A stretch of DNA of 62,218 nt from an uncultured Verrucomicrobiales bacterium (GTDB lineage Bacteria; Verrucomicrobiota; Verrucomicrobiia; Verrucomicrobiales; Akkermansiaceae), in contig CAYNNY010000001.1 in assembly GCA_964398555.1 (NCBI GenBank), positions 4,861 through 67,078 of the forward strand, in the 5' to 3' direction. The first letter of the stretch is position 1; every line of letters starts with the position of its first letter. The position numbers were made by a program, and so were the translations under genes. The notes under the pieces were generated by a model, which made no database searches, was not told the origin of the DNA, and worked only from the letters and a program-made list of their open reading frames with translations. Of this stretch, positions 1 to 10,200 are shown one piece after another.

Positions 1-924
1 GGGTGTTGGGTTGGGTGTTAGGCTGGGTGTTGGTTTAAAAGCTAGTTCACTCGCATCAGCACCTTTAGCCGCCAAGGAGACTGCAGGCTCCCTTGATGGC
101 AAGGGCGCACGAGCCAACAACGCTTCACGACCCAAGTATTTGCTTGTGAGGTAATCGTTTACTTGAATAATCTCCTTACTGGTGAGGGCGTGGTTGTAAA
201 TCAACACCTCTGCAATATCCACCTTAGCCCACTCTTTGGTAGGCTCATCACCATTGGCGTTGCCTCCTAAATTAAAACGCTCCAGCATTCCTCCTTGCTC
301 CTTGGAGTGATTATTTTTTCCCGATCCCTCGGGAACCTCCGGATCATTGAGGTAAACATCCACAACTCGTGATTTCCGCCTTGACACCAAGGTGAAGAGA
401 TTGATTCGTGAGTTGACAACACCCACTCTAACAGATGACCCAGCACCAACGCGAGCGAGCCATACCTTGCCATTAACCCCGCTACAAATCCGAAGTCGAT
501 TCGGCCCCATTGTCTGAGCGCTCATCAGGTAGGTGCGTTCCGTTAAAGAACTCACCTTATGCCGCGCCACGATAAAAAATGTCATGTTCCGAGTCGAGGG
601 AAGACCTTTATTGCTGAGTTTGAGAACCTCTAGATTATCATTAACCCCATCAAAGCTTACCACCGCATGACCATTCATGGCGCGCTTTTTCAATAGAGGA
701 GCCGTCCCCGCCCCGTCGACATTAGTCAGAATGTTACCTCCTGACATGTCCGACCACGATGTAACTTTGGCACCATGGGAAAGAGCTACGTCATCCGCAG
801 TCAAATGCAAATAGAGGCCGTCCTTTGGCAAGCCAGCGAATACAACATGAGTCATGGATAACGCAATCACGGGTAGGGCCGCAAAAAAAAGAGACCTTAA
901 GATTGAGTTGTGTGAATTTTTCAT
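1..924 (-). CDS. 5' part of a secreted multidomain protein (signal peptide + LamG/concanavalin-A-like jelly-roll + Pro/Thr linker); runs off the left edge and is absent from the ORF track
   Basis: Manual translation from ATG at 924: MKNSHNSILRSLFFAALPVIALSMTHVVFAGLPKDGLYLHLTADD...VTSWSDMSG...VSFDGVNDNL...MTFFIVAR...DIAEVLIYNHALTSKEIIQVNDYLTSKY...KPTPSLTPNPTP, with no stop before position 1. The LYLHL-AD / WxDxSG / FDGxND / DIAEVLIYNxAL pattern is typical of LamG-like modules. A promoter with a perfect TATAAT lies upstream. Confidence 0.85.
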   Translation of the reverse strand, partial: MKNSHNSILRSLFFAALPVIALSMTHVVFAGLPKDGLYLHLTADDVALSHGAKVTSWSDMSGGNILTNVDGAGTAPLLKKRAMNGHAVVSFDGVNDNLEVLKLSNKGLPSTRNMTFFIVARHKVSSLTERTYLMSAQTMGPNRLRICSGVNGKVWLARVGAGSSVRVGVVNSRINLFTLVSRRKSRVVDVYLNDPEVPEGSGKNNHSKEQGGMLERFNLGGNANGDEPTKEWAKVDIAEVLIYNHALTSKEIIQVNDYLTSKYLGREALLARAPLPSREPAVSLAAKGADASELAFKPTPSLTPNPTP

Positions 925-960
925 TGGGGAGTGGTTGAGTGGTTGGTTTTTCGCTCCGTC

Positions 961-1014
961 ATTATAGGCAAAGTGCCCAAAAAAGTCCATGTCATTTCAC
1001 TAAACATTATGTCA
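961..1014 (-). promoter_or_regulatory. Sigma70-like promoter with shared activator-type direct repeat (copy 1)
   Basis: Minus strand: TGACAT-N14-TGACATGGACT, -35 TGGACT (984-989), 17 bp spacer, -10 TATAAT (961-966); points at the ATG at 924. Confidence 0.7.
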
Positions 1015-1078
1015 TTTTCATAAAAACCCTCCAAAAAACAAAAATTACCGAAATTATGCGGTATTCCTTTTTGCTATT

Positions 1079-1133
1079 TACCACAATCTTTTTTGAAATA
1101 ACATGGACATATCTCCCCCATTTGCATTATGCT
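1079..1133 (+). promoter_or_regulatory. Sigma70-like promoter with shared motif (copy 2), upstream of the GH89 operon
   Basis: TACCAC-N14-TAACATGGACA, -35 TGGACA (1104-1109), 18 bp spacer, -10 TATGCT (1128-1133). Confidence 0.55.
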
Positions 1134-1156
1134 TCCAATGAATTCAGCCTACTCCA

Positions 1157-3439
1157 GTGAAACTACTATCTCACTCAACCATGAAGTCATCTCACACCAA
1201 AATAAACAATCAGCTGCTTATGCAGCCTCTTCGCATCCTAGCTGCCCTCACTCTTTTACTCCTGCCTTGCATCGCGCAGGCGGGTAATCCGATTGAGGAA
1301 TCAGCCGCACAGCTCGTCAAAAGGATGGTGCCCGCAGCGGCATCACAAATCACCGTGCAAGCCATCCCTTCTGAAAATGGGCAAGATGTCTTTGAGGTCG
1401 ATTCCAAACAAGGGCAAGTCATACTACGAGGCAACAACGGCGTCGCCATCGCCTCAGCACTCAACTATTACCTTAAAAAATACACCCTCGCCAATATCTC
1501 ATGGGGGTGTGGCGATCAACTCAAGCTTCCCGCCAAACTCCCCCTCCCCACTCAAAAAGAACGGATCATCTCACCGATGCAATACCGTTTTGCCTACAAC
1601 TACTGCACCCACGGATACACCATGCCGTGGTGGGGGTGGGATCGGTGGCAAAAAGAAATCGATCAGCTCGCGATGCAAGGAATCAACCTCGCTCTCGTCA
1701 TCCAAGGTCAAGAACAGGTGTGGATTGATGCCTTAAAGTCGTTTGGTTACTCGGATCTTGAAGTTCGGAGCTGGCTCTGTATGCCGTCTCATCAGCCGTG
1801 GCAATATATGTCAAATATGGAGAATAAAACTGAGCCGATTTCTAAATATATCGTCAAAAACCGAATCACCTTAGGCAAACAAATTCTCGGACGGATGCGC
1901 AGTCTTGGTATCCAGCCTTTACAGCAAGGGTATTACGGGATTGTCCCCTCCGATTTCAAAAAACGCTTCCCCGATGCCAAAATTCACGCCCAAGGCCACT
2001 GGGCGGGTGGAAAGCTGAAGCGCCCCGACATGCTGGCCCCCACTGACCCCCTCTTTGTCAAGCTTGCCGACGCCTTTTACAAAGCGCAGGAAAAACTTTA
2101 TGGAAAAACCACCTTCTTCGCTGCCGATCCTTTTCATGAAGGGGGCACGAGTAAAGGGATCGATCTCGCCAAGGCTGGCCGCATTATTTATGATGCCATG
2201 AAACGTGCGAACCCCGACTCTATCTGGGTGCTGCAATCTTGGGGTGGCAATCCCAAGCTGGGAATGATCAATGCCCTACCCAAGGATCACCTGTTAGTCC
2301 TAGACCTCTACTGCGAACGAAAAGAAAACTGGCGCAAGCGCAAGCAGTTTAACAACACCCCGTGGCTGTGGTGTACGATTCATAACTTCGGAGGAAATTC
2401 CGGCCTGACCGCCCGACTCGACCGCATCGCCACGGCTCCCTTAAAAGCCTATCAGGACGCAGGTCCTGGAAAAGGACAGATGAAAGGCATTGGAGCGCTT
2501 CTCGAAGGTAGTGGGAATATCCCCATTCTTTGGGAAATGTTTTTTAAGCTTTCCTGGTCTGTTGAACCCGTCCAGATGGATACGTGGCTCAAAGACTACG
2601 CCCGCCGTCGATACGGCGCGGCATCCAAGCCAGCAGAAGAGGCACTTCAAATAGCCTACCAAACGGCCTACTCCGCACCCGTTTTCAACAGAGGCGACTA
2701 TCCTTATAACTCGGCAATCTGCGGTCGCCCCACGATGCGGAGAGAAATGAAAGCCCGTAGATTCACCTCCACTACCAAACCCTACCCGACTCACAAACTT
2801 GCAACAGCTTGGAAAAAAATGATTATTGCGGCAAGCGATTGTGCCGGGAGTGATGGATACCGTTTTGACCTTGTGGATCTAGGACGCCAAGTGCTTGATG
2901 ACCTGGGAACCCGCTACCACTACGCTATCTTTGATGCCTGGAAAGCCAAGGATGCCGATGCCGTTCGTCTCTACACAAAAAAGCAACTCGCACTCATCAA
3001 AGGCCTGGATCAACTCGTTGCCACACGGGAGGAATTCCTCGTTGGCAAATGGATTGCAGACTCCCGCCAGTGGGGAGGCACGGCAGAAGAAAAAGCCTAC
3101 TGTGAGCGTAGTGCTCGTGCGTTGATTTCCACATGGACGGTCCCTCAGAGTCACGTTGACTACGCAAACCGTCAGTGGGCCGGCCTCCTCAAGGATGTCT
3201 ATTACCAGCGCTGGGCAATCTGGGCGGACGAACTGGACAAAGGAATCGAAAACAACTGGAAAATCAACAATGGCAGTGTGAAAAAAAGAACCGTCAATTT
3301 GGATTACGATTGGGTCAAAAATACAACCACGAAGTATTCCCCCACCGCGACCGGAGATCCTGTTAAAATCTCGAAATCACTCTGGAAGGAGTTTTCCAAA
3401 GATGCTTTGAATCCTGATTTCTACACCCCGAAAAAGTAG
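1157..3439 (+). CDS. Alpha-N-acetylglucosaminidase, glycoside hydrolase family GH89 (true start probably ATG 1181 or 1220)
   Basis: GH89 motifs YNYCTHGYTMPWWGWDRWQKEIDQLAMQGINL, DPFHE, HNFGG, GIGALLEG, YRFDLVDLGRQVL, DYANRQWAGLLKDVYYQRW; signal peptide LRILAALTLLLLPCIAQA. Confidence 0.95.
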   Translation: MKLLSHSTMKSSHTKINNQLLMQPLRILAALTLLLLPCIAQAGNPIEESAAQLVKRMVPAAASQITVQAIPSENGQDVFEVDSKQGQVILRGNNGVAIASALNYYLKKYTLANISWGCGDQLKLPAKLPLPTQKERIISPMQYRFAYNYCTHGYTMPWWGWDRWQKEIDQLAMQGINLALVIQGQEQVWIDALKSFGYSDLEVRSWLCMPSHQPWQYMSNMENKTEPISKYIVKNRITLGKQILGRMRSLGIQPLQQGYYGIVPSDFKKRFPDAKIHAQGHWAGGKLKRPDMLAPTDPLFVKLADAFYKAQEKLYGKTTFFAADPFHEGGTSKGIDLAKAGRIIYDAMKRANPDSIWVLQSWGGNPKLGMINALPKDHLLVLDLYCERKENWRKRKQFNNTPWLWCTIHNFGGNSGLTARLDRIATAPLKAYQDAGPGKGQMKGIGALLEGSGNIPILWEMFFKLSWSVEPVQMDTWLKDYARRRYGAASKPAEEALQIAYQTAYSAPVFNRGDYPYNSAICGRPTMRREMKARRFTSTTKPYPTHKLATAWKKMIIAASDCAGSDGYRFDLVDLGRQVLDDLGTRYHYAIFDAWKAKDADAVRLYTKKQLALIKGLDQLVATREEFLVGKWIADSRQWGGTAEEKAYCERSARALISTWTVPQSHVDYANRQWAGLLKDVYYQRWAIWADELDKGIENNWKINNGSVKKRTVNLDYDWVKNTTTKYSPTATGDPVKISKSLWKEFSKDALNPDFYTPKK

Positions 3440-3480
3440 TGCTAGCTAAAATAGATCGACTATCATCACCTAGCATTCCT

Positions 3481-5751
3481 ATGAAATACAGCGGCCTACA
3501 CCGACTACCCATCACCCTATCATGCATCCTCGGATGCTCGGTCACATCACTCATCGCCGCTCCGTCAGAAGCTCAATTTCACGTTTCCCCGAACGGCGAT
3601 GACACCGCGCCGGGGAGCGAGAAAAAACCCTTCGCCACTCTAACGCAAGCGCGTAACGCCGTTCGGATCTACAAAAAGAATCACCCGAAAGGCGATATTA
3701 ACGTTTGGCTACACAAGGGCACTTACCGCCTTAAAGAAACCCTCGTTTTTGGACTTACCGATTCTGGAAACCCTGACCAAACGATCACCTACGCGGCATG
3801 GCCAGGCGATACCCCGGTGCTCAGTGGCAGCCTGCCGGTGAAAGGGTGGGAAAAGCTAAAAAATCCGCCCGCCGAACTCCCAGAGGCAGCTAAGGGGAAG
3901 GTGTGGTCAGTCAATGTCTCGGCGTTTCGCGCGATGAGGACAAAACAACTCAAATCACCGAGCATCGCCCCTCAAATGGATCGGGCGGATCGGTTTCTTA
4001 CGCTCTATCAAGGAAACCAGAAGCTTCCCCGCGCACATGGCAAGGGGTTTCTGCTCCCCTTGAATCGGGAGCGCGATAGTGCTATTTCCACGAACTCGTA
4101 TTTCCCCGTGATCGACGGCATTATTGAAAACTGGGCAGATGTCAGCGAGGCCGAAATCTTACTCATCCCCGACCGACAATGGGTCTCCAACATCCTGCCA
4201 ATCAAGTCGGTAGATATGGAGAAACGCCGAGTAACCACCACCGTTCCGGGCACTTATAATCTGTCACTTTCCGTTAATAAAGCCGTTGATTCAAGGATAG
4301 AAAACTCCCTCGCGCTTCTCGACGAGCCAGGCGAGTGGATGGTGGATCGCCGCACCGATACCCTGTATCTCTGGCCGCCCACCGCAAAATCTAAAGAGGA
4401 AATCGAAATCCCCATACTTACCGAACTGATCCGCATCGAGGGGGAAATCGACTACTCTGGACCGAAAGACACTCCGGTGCGCCATCTTGTGTTTAAAGGA
4501 CTCACCTTCGTCCATGGTGATCGATTCCCTTGGTCTGGAAATACCGGTTGGGGCATCCAACACGATTGGGATCAATTCGATGCTCCCAATGCGATGCTTC
4601 GCTTCCGAGGTGCGGAAAGCTGCGCCGTGCATGACTGCCGATTTCTCAACGCGGGCTCGACCGGACTTCGGCTCGACTTACACGCACAGAAAAATAAAAT
4701 CGTTGGAAACCGCTTCGATGACCTCGGCGGCACCGGCATCCTTCTCGCCGGATATGGACCCGGCACCAAAGACGTCAATCGCAACAACATCGTCGAAAAC
4801 AACCACATCTCAAAAATCGGGCAATCCTACTGGGGGTCACCCGGGATCTTTGTCTGGCAAAGCGGAGAGAATCGAGTGGCCAACAACTTGGTCCATGACA
4901 CCCCATACAACGGCATGGTAATCTCTGGCCGAATCACCTGGGGGAACCCAGGTCGGGGTCAATGTTCGCGAACCATGCGATGGAATGAGGTGAGCAAAAA
5001 CGAAGGGGTCAAAAAACCAAAAACCAAACTTAAAAGTTGGCAGTCCCGTGAAAAATACCTCCACGCTCGAAACAACCTCATACTGCGAAACGACATTCAT
5101 GACGTCATGATCCTCTGCGGTGATGGAAACTGCATCTATATCTCCGGCGCAGGTGGTGGGAACAAAATCATTGAGAACTACTGCCATGATGTGCCCAGCA
5201 CCCATATTCACAGTGCTATCCGCTGCGATGATCATCAGGAAGAAACCATCATCGAGCGTAACATCTGCCACCGCATTGGAGGTGCTGGTGAAGGGGCTAT
5301 GATTAAAGGAAATAACACAATCCGGGAAAACCTCTTTGTCGATCTCCGCCCGACTAACAAAAAACACAAAGGCTACCTACGCTTTTTTTCCGGTGACGTG
5401 CATGGCTCGGTTATCGAGCGCAATGTCTTTTACTCACGCGATCCAGCCCAGCACGCCACCGCCGACGGCAAACCGCGCAAAGGCAACCCCGCCACCCAGT
5501 TTCGCCACACCCTAGCCGACTATAATCTGTATTTTAATGAAAAGGACCCGCAGTGGGGTGAACGTCATTTGAAGGAAACCCAGGAGTTTGGCATCGAAAA
5601 ACACAGCCTCGCCGCCGACCCGATGTTCACCGATATCGACAATGCCAACTTCCAGTTCCGCCCAGAATCCCCCGCTCTCAAGCTAGGCATCCGTCAGCCT
5701 ATCGATGTGAACAAAACCGGACTACAAAGCAAATACCGCACTCAACCATAA
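3481..5751 (+). CDS. Right-handed parallel beta-helix glycosidase, GH141-like (alpha-L-fucosidase/xylanase family)
   Basis: FHVSPNGDD...KPFATLTQAR...WLHKGTYRL N-terminus, LLDEPGEW, many N/I-rich beta-helix rungs, and DGNCIY / AIRCDD segments resembling the GH141 catalytic Asp regions. The ORF track starts at GTG 3439; ATG 3481 precedes a signal peptide. Confidence 0.75.
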   Translation: MKYSGLHRLPITLSCILGCSVTSLIAAPSEAQFHVSPNGDDTAPGSEKKPFATLTQARNAVRIYKKNHPKGDINVWLHKGTYRLKETLVFGLTDSGNPDQTITYAAWPGDTPVLSGSLPVKGWEKLKNPPAELPEAAKGKVWSVNVSAFRAMRTKQLKSPSIAPQMDRADRFLTLYQGNQKLPRAHGKGFLLPLNRERDSAISTNSYFPVIDGIIENWADVSEAEILLIPDRQWVSNILPIKSVDMEKRRVTTTVPGTYNLSLSVNKAVDSRIENSLALLDEPGEWMVDRRTDTLYLWPPTAKSKEEIEIPILTELIRIEGEIDYSGPKDTPVRHLVFKGLTFVHGDRFPWSGNTGWGIQHDWDQFDAPNAMLRFRGAESCAVHDCRFLNAGSTGLRLDLHAQKNKIVGNRFDDLGGTGILLAGYGPGTKDVNRNNIVENNHISKIGQSYWGSPGIFVWQSGENRVANNLVHDTPYNGMVISGRITWGNPGRGQCSRTMRWNEVSKNEGVKKPKTKLKSWQSREKYLHARNNLILRNDIHDVMILCGDGNCIYISGAGGGNKIIENYCHDVPSTHIHSAIRCDDHQEETIIERNICHRIGGAGEGAMIKGNNTIRENLFVDLRPTNKKHKGYLRFFSGDVHGSVIERNVFYSRDPAQHATADGKPRKGNPATQFRHTLADYNLYFNEKDPQWGERHLKETQEFGIEKHSLAADPMFTDIDNANFQFRPESPALKLGIRQPIDVNKTGLQSKYRTQP

Positions 5752-5752
5752 T

Positions 5753-7285
5753 ATGAAAAAACCTCATTATAATCTTCCTCTACTATGTATCTTGGCAACC
5801 GCCGCTATACCAGCCACCCTCCATGCAGAGACCTCGAAGCCACAGAGTTCTCAAAAAGCAATTGCCACCAGTGATGCGCAGCCACCCCAACCTCTCGAAC
5901 CCCTTCCCTCGGCCGATCAACTGCAGTGGCACGAGGACGACCTAACAATGTTCGTTCATTTTGGCGTCAACACCTTCACCGGTCTAGGAACTGGCCACGG
6001 CGACGAAAATCCGAATATTTTCAACCCCTTGAAGATGGATTGCAACCAATGGGCACGCACCGCAAAACAAGCGGGATTCAAAGGAATGATCCTCACCGCC
6101 AAACACCACGACGGATTTTGCCTCTGGCCTACGTCAACCACCGCTCACAGCGTCAAAGCCAGCTCCTGGCGCGATGGCAAAGGTGACGTCGTTCGTGATC
6201 TATCAGATGCTTGCAAAAAGGAAGGCCTCAAACTGGGCATCTACTGCTCCCCCTGGGACAAAAGCCAAAAAAACTATGATACGGATCAAAAGGCCTACAC
6301 TGAGTTCTATCGCCAGCAACTCACAGAATTACTATCCAACTATGGAGATGTTTATGAAATGTGGTTCGATGGTAACCGGGCGATGATTGACGACTGGGGA
6401 AGCATTATCAAAGTCGTGCGCAAGCGCCAACCCCACGCCATCATCAAACAAGGGCCGAGAATCAAACCCATCACAGAAGATGCACGCTGGGTTGGCAATG
6501 AATTATCACTCGCACCAGTGACTAACTGGAATGTCTATCCAGCCCCAACGGAGCCGACTGAGCAGGCAGATGGCAAACGAATCTGGTTCCCCGTGGAGTG
6601 CGATCCCAAGACGATGCGTCTATGGTTTTGGGTGGATGATGCCCCAACACCTCTCGCTGAAATGCTGGATAACTACTACACCTCCGTCGGGCGAGGCTCC
6701 ATTCTTTTATTTAATGTGCCCCCGAATAAAGACGGATTGTATTCAGACGCCTGGGTCGCCCGACTCCTGGAGTTTAACACCTCACTAAAATCAATTTTCG
6801 ATAAAGACCTGACCATGGGAGCAACCGCCACTGCCAGTCAGGTGCGCGGCAATGCCCCGAAATTTGCGGCCGACAAGGTGATCGACAGTAACACCTCTAC
6901 CTACTGGACCGTGGACGATGGGGTGCGCTCCGCCTCCCTCACCCTAGACATGGGCAAAGAGATCGAGTTTAATGTGATCCGCATTGAAGAAATGATCGCG
7001 CTCGGACAACGAGTCTCAAAATACAAGGTGGAAATCTGGAGCGATGCCAACCAGCACTGGAAGGAGGTTTCCAGCCACACCACGATAGGTCGGCGCAAGC
7101 TCGATCGCATTCAAACACAAAAAACCTCGAAAGTGCGACTGACTATTTTAGACTCCAGAGCCTGCCCGACCATTCGATCATTCGGCCTCCATTTGGACAG
7201 CGTGTCACCCCCGGAACATTTTGAACCCGCGTTTGCCAACAGAGAAGTCGATCCAAAAAACAGGCATAGAAAATCAAAAAAATAA
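5753..7285 (+). CDS. Alpha-L-fucosidase GH29 with C-terminal F5/8 type C (CBM32-like) domain
   Basis: MFVHFG, LTAKHHDGFCLWP, WFDG (nucleophile), ARWVGNE, WFPVECD, SVGRGSILLFNVPP; C-terminal DSNTSTYW...LGQRV...TIGRRKL discoidin pattern; signal peptide. Confidence 0.95.
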   Translation: MKKPHYNLPLLCILATAAIPATLHAETSKPQSSQKAIATSDAQPPQPLEPLPSADQLQWHEDDLTMFVHFGVNTFTGLGTGHGDENPNIFNPLKMDCNQWARTAKQAGFKGMILTAKHHDGFCLWPTSTTAHSVKASSWRDGKGDVVRDLSDACKKEGLKLGIYCSPWDKSQKNYDTDQKAYTEFYRQQLTELLSNYGDVYEMWFDGNRAMIDDWGSIIKVVRKRQPHAIIKQGPRIKPITEDARWVGNELSLAPVTNWNVYPAPTEPTEQADGKRIWFPVECDPKTMRLWFWVDDAPTPLAEMLDNYYTSVGRGSILLFNVPPNKDGLYSDAWVARLLEFNTSLKSIFDKDLTMGATATASQVRGNAPKFAADKVIDSNTSTYWTVDDGVRSASLTLDMGKEIEFNVIRIEEMIALGQRVSKYKVEIWSDANQHWKEVSSHTTIGRRKLDRIQTQKTSKVRLTILDSRACPTIRSFGLHLDSVSPPEHFEPAFANREVDPKNRHRKSKK

Positions 7286-7287
7286 AA

Positions 7288-10200
7288 ATGACATCACAAC
7301 ACATTTTAACCTGGCTAAGCCTGCTGACCATCGCGTCTAGTATAGCCATACCCATGGCTACGGCCGCAAGCGCGAACGTCCGGGATGGATTTTTTCAAAA
7401 CCCTGTGTTGACACACCCTTTGGAAAAAAGCGAAAAACACATCAAACAATTAAAAAGTAAGACGGCGTATATCATGACCTTGAGCGATCAAGAAATCCTG
7501 CGCCGCATGCCGGTGCAAACGCCCCGGATTCATAACGCTTGCCCAAGCTGCCGAAAGGGAGTGCGAATGCGTAGCAAATATTGGGATTACCAAGAACCTG
7601 CCAAAAGTTTTGGGGAGGTGATGAAGCATAACAAAGTTTATGACCCCAAAAAACCGGATCAGTATGTTTGTCCCAAATGCAAAGAGGTCTATCCCAATAA
7701 CCCGAAGTATAAACAATCGCACAATAAAATGATGCTTAATTGGGCTGGTGAAAAAATACCTGTTCGGTATTACCAAGACCCTAACGGAATCAACTATAAC
7801 AATAAAGGAGACGACTCTCCATTCCCACGTAACTATTATTTGGATGGTGTGCTCGATACGGAACGTCATGATTGGATTCACAATCAGATGTACAATCTGG
7901 CGCTACTCTATCGTTTGACGGGTGATCCAAAAGCTGGGCACCGCGCCCTTGTTATACTGAATGCGTATGCGGATCTTTGGCCTCGGTGGTTATTTATTTA
8001 TGAATATGGCCACATTTACGGAAAGCTATCTCCACGGAATCTGGAGGGTGCCTGGGCGATGACACGGGCGGGAAGGCGTGCAGGGGATGAAACCAAAGGG
8101 CCTACTCATTATCTAGAGACGGTAGATTTGATGATTAACTCGAAAGCATATAAAGATTTTGAAAAATCGTTAGGTGTGGATTTAAATGAAAAGCTCTGGG
8201 ATAATGTGATTGGTATTGTTTCTAATAGGCAGAAAAAAACGATGCGGTACAAGGAGATTAGGATGTTTGAGTTTGGCCAAGGATGCCCTACGCTCTATCT
8301 TGAGCTCGCCCGTGTTTTCAACCGTCCGAGACTCATTCGTGATACCACCATTAAGGCACTACCTTACACCCCCCGTAATGTTATGTGTATCGATGGTGGA
8401 TTTGCCCAAGGGCCAGGCTATCAACAAATCCATCTTCTCGCCATGCAGAGAATGAATCTTGCAAACGGATACTCAGACCCCAAGGGCTTCAAGCTGAACC
8501 CTGGTGAAAAACCCATTAAAAACTACCGCTATCCACTAGGAGCTTCAGAAAATTATTGGATGAAAGCGTATCAATTTCTGGCGCGGATACGGATGCCGGA
8601 TGGGGGCTTACCTATTGTTAACGATAGCGAACACGCCGCCTATCTCTCGTTCATCCCCGGCACGCTCATCCCAATCAGTCAAAGTCGCGATTTTATTGCC
8701 CATGGATTAAAATACGCCATTCTTGGTGATGGGGATGAAGATGAACAGTTTCAACTCCATCTGAATTACTCGGAAAACAAATCAAATCACGGGCATTACG
8801 ACACCTTAACATTGCAGCTTTTTGCCTTTGGCCATTACTTAATGGATGATTCCAGTTACTCGAGAAACGCCCTCCGTAGTTTCGGAACCGGCACATCCGG
8901 ACACAACACCGTGGTCATCGATCAAATCAATCAAGGAGGCCGTAAGGCACCCTACAACGAGGGTTCACCGAAGCTTTTCGACGGTCGGGCACCCGGGATC
9001 AAGGTGATATCCGTGGACGCCGCACGGTGTTATGCTGAGCAAGGGGTAAAAAAATATCAACGAACCTTGTTGATGAATACGTATGAACCGACACGACCCT
9101 ATATTGTGGATATTTTCCAGGTGAAAGGAGGCAAAACTCGCGATTATATGTTGCACTCCAGTTACCAGGCTGAGTCCACAGGCAACGTTTCGTATGCACT
9201 CACCAAGATGCCAGGATTAAACCCACTCAAAACGGATAACGTCAAAGACGGATACCAATTTATGTATGACGTCAGTGAAGGCAGTGCAGAAAAAGACGGC
9301 ATGCTAGACTACACGGTAAAAGCTCCTTGGAAAGGTAAGAAGGAGCTAAAAAAACGCCCTTCCCTTTCGCCCTTTAAATACAATGCTGACAGCTTCCCGG
9401 ATAACCCTCCGGTCGGCACACGCCATCACATTCTTGGCATGCCCGGTCAGAAAGCCTATTTTTTCGGAACACCCAATATTTATCGAGCACTCAGCCAAAA
9501 CCGCACAGGAAGCAAGTTTGAGGAGTGGGACAGAATCCCCCACTTTATGTTGCGCCAGCAACCTGAAAACCCAGAAAAAGAAACCACCTTCATCGTGGTG
9601 CACGAACCATGGTTAAAGAACCCAAAAATCAAATCAGTCAAAAAAATCCCTTCGGGTTCCTCTCAATTACTTGCGCTTGAAGTTCGTTATGAGGATCGGG
9701 TGGACACCCTCTTTTTCTCGCTTACAGGCAATGAGGAATCTGGCAAGGCCAATGGCGTCACCTTTTCAGGGAGAGTCGGGGTCTATTCAATCAACAAAGA
9801 AGGAAAATCTGAAAGTTACCTTCTGGGCGGCACTCGGCTGGAAGCGCGTAAGGCGAAGCTATCCTCTAACGTCGACAAAGTAGAAGGAACGATCATACGC
9901 TCTTTCCGTAAATGGAATGGTGATAAAATGGACGCCTTCTCTGTGCGCTACTCCGGAAAAATGCCCCATTTGGATTCGCTGAAAGGTGCCTTTGCCGTTG
10001 TGCATAACACGGGTGAGATTACAAACCTTGAGAAAGAGAATTTTGAGAATTACGGGATGTTACCCCGATTCTATCCCGATATGAAGCGTGCTATGCTCAA
10101 GTCTCCAGAGAAGCTTGCTTTCTTACGTAAGGCTGGTGGCGGTTGGGGTTTTGTGATTGATCACGTCGAAAAACGCGGCAATATTCTGGCCGTTTACACA

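Noticed and set aside
267-1160. ORF-track calls 267-473(-) and 939-1160(+)
   Set aside because: The first is out of frame within the LamG-like gene; the second spans the divergent promoter region.
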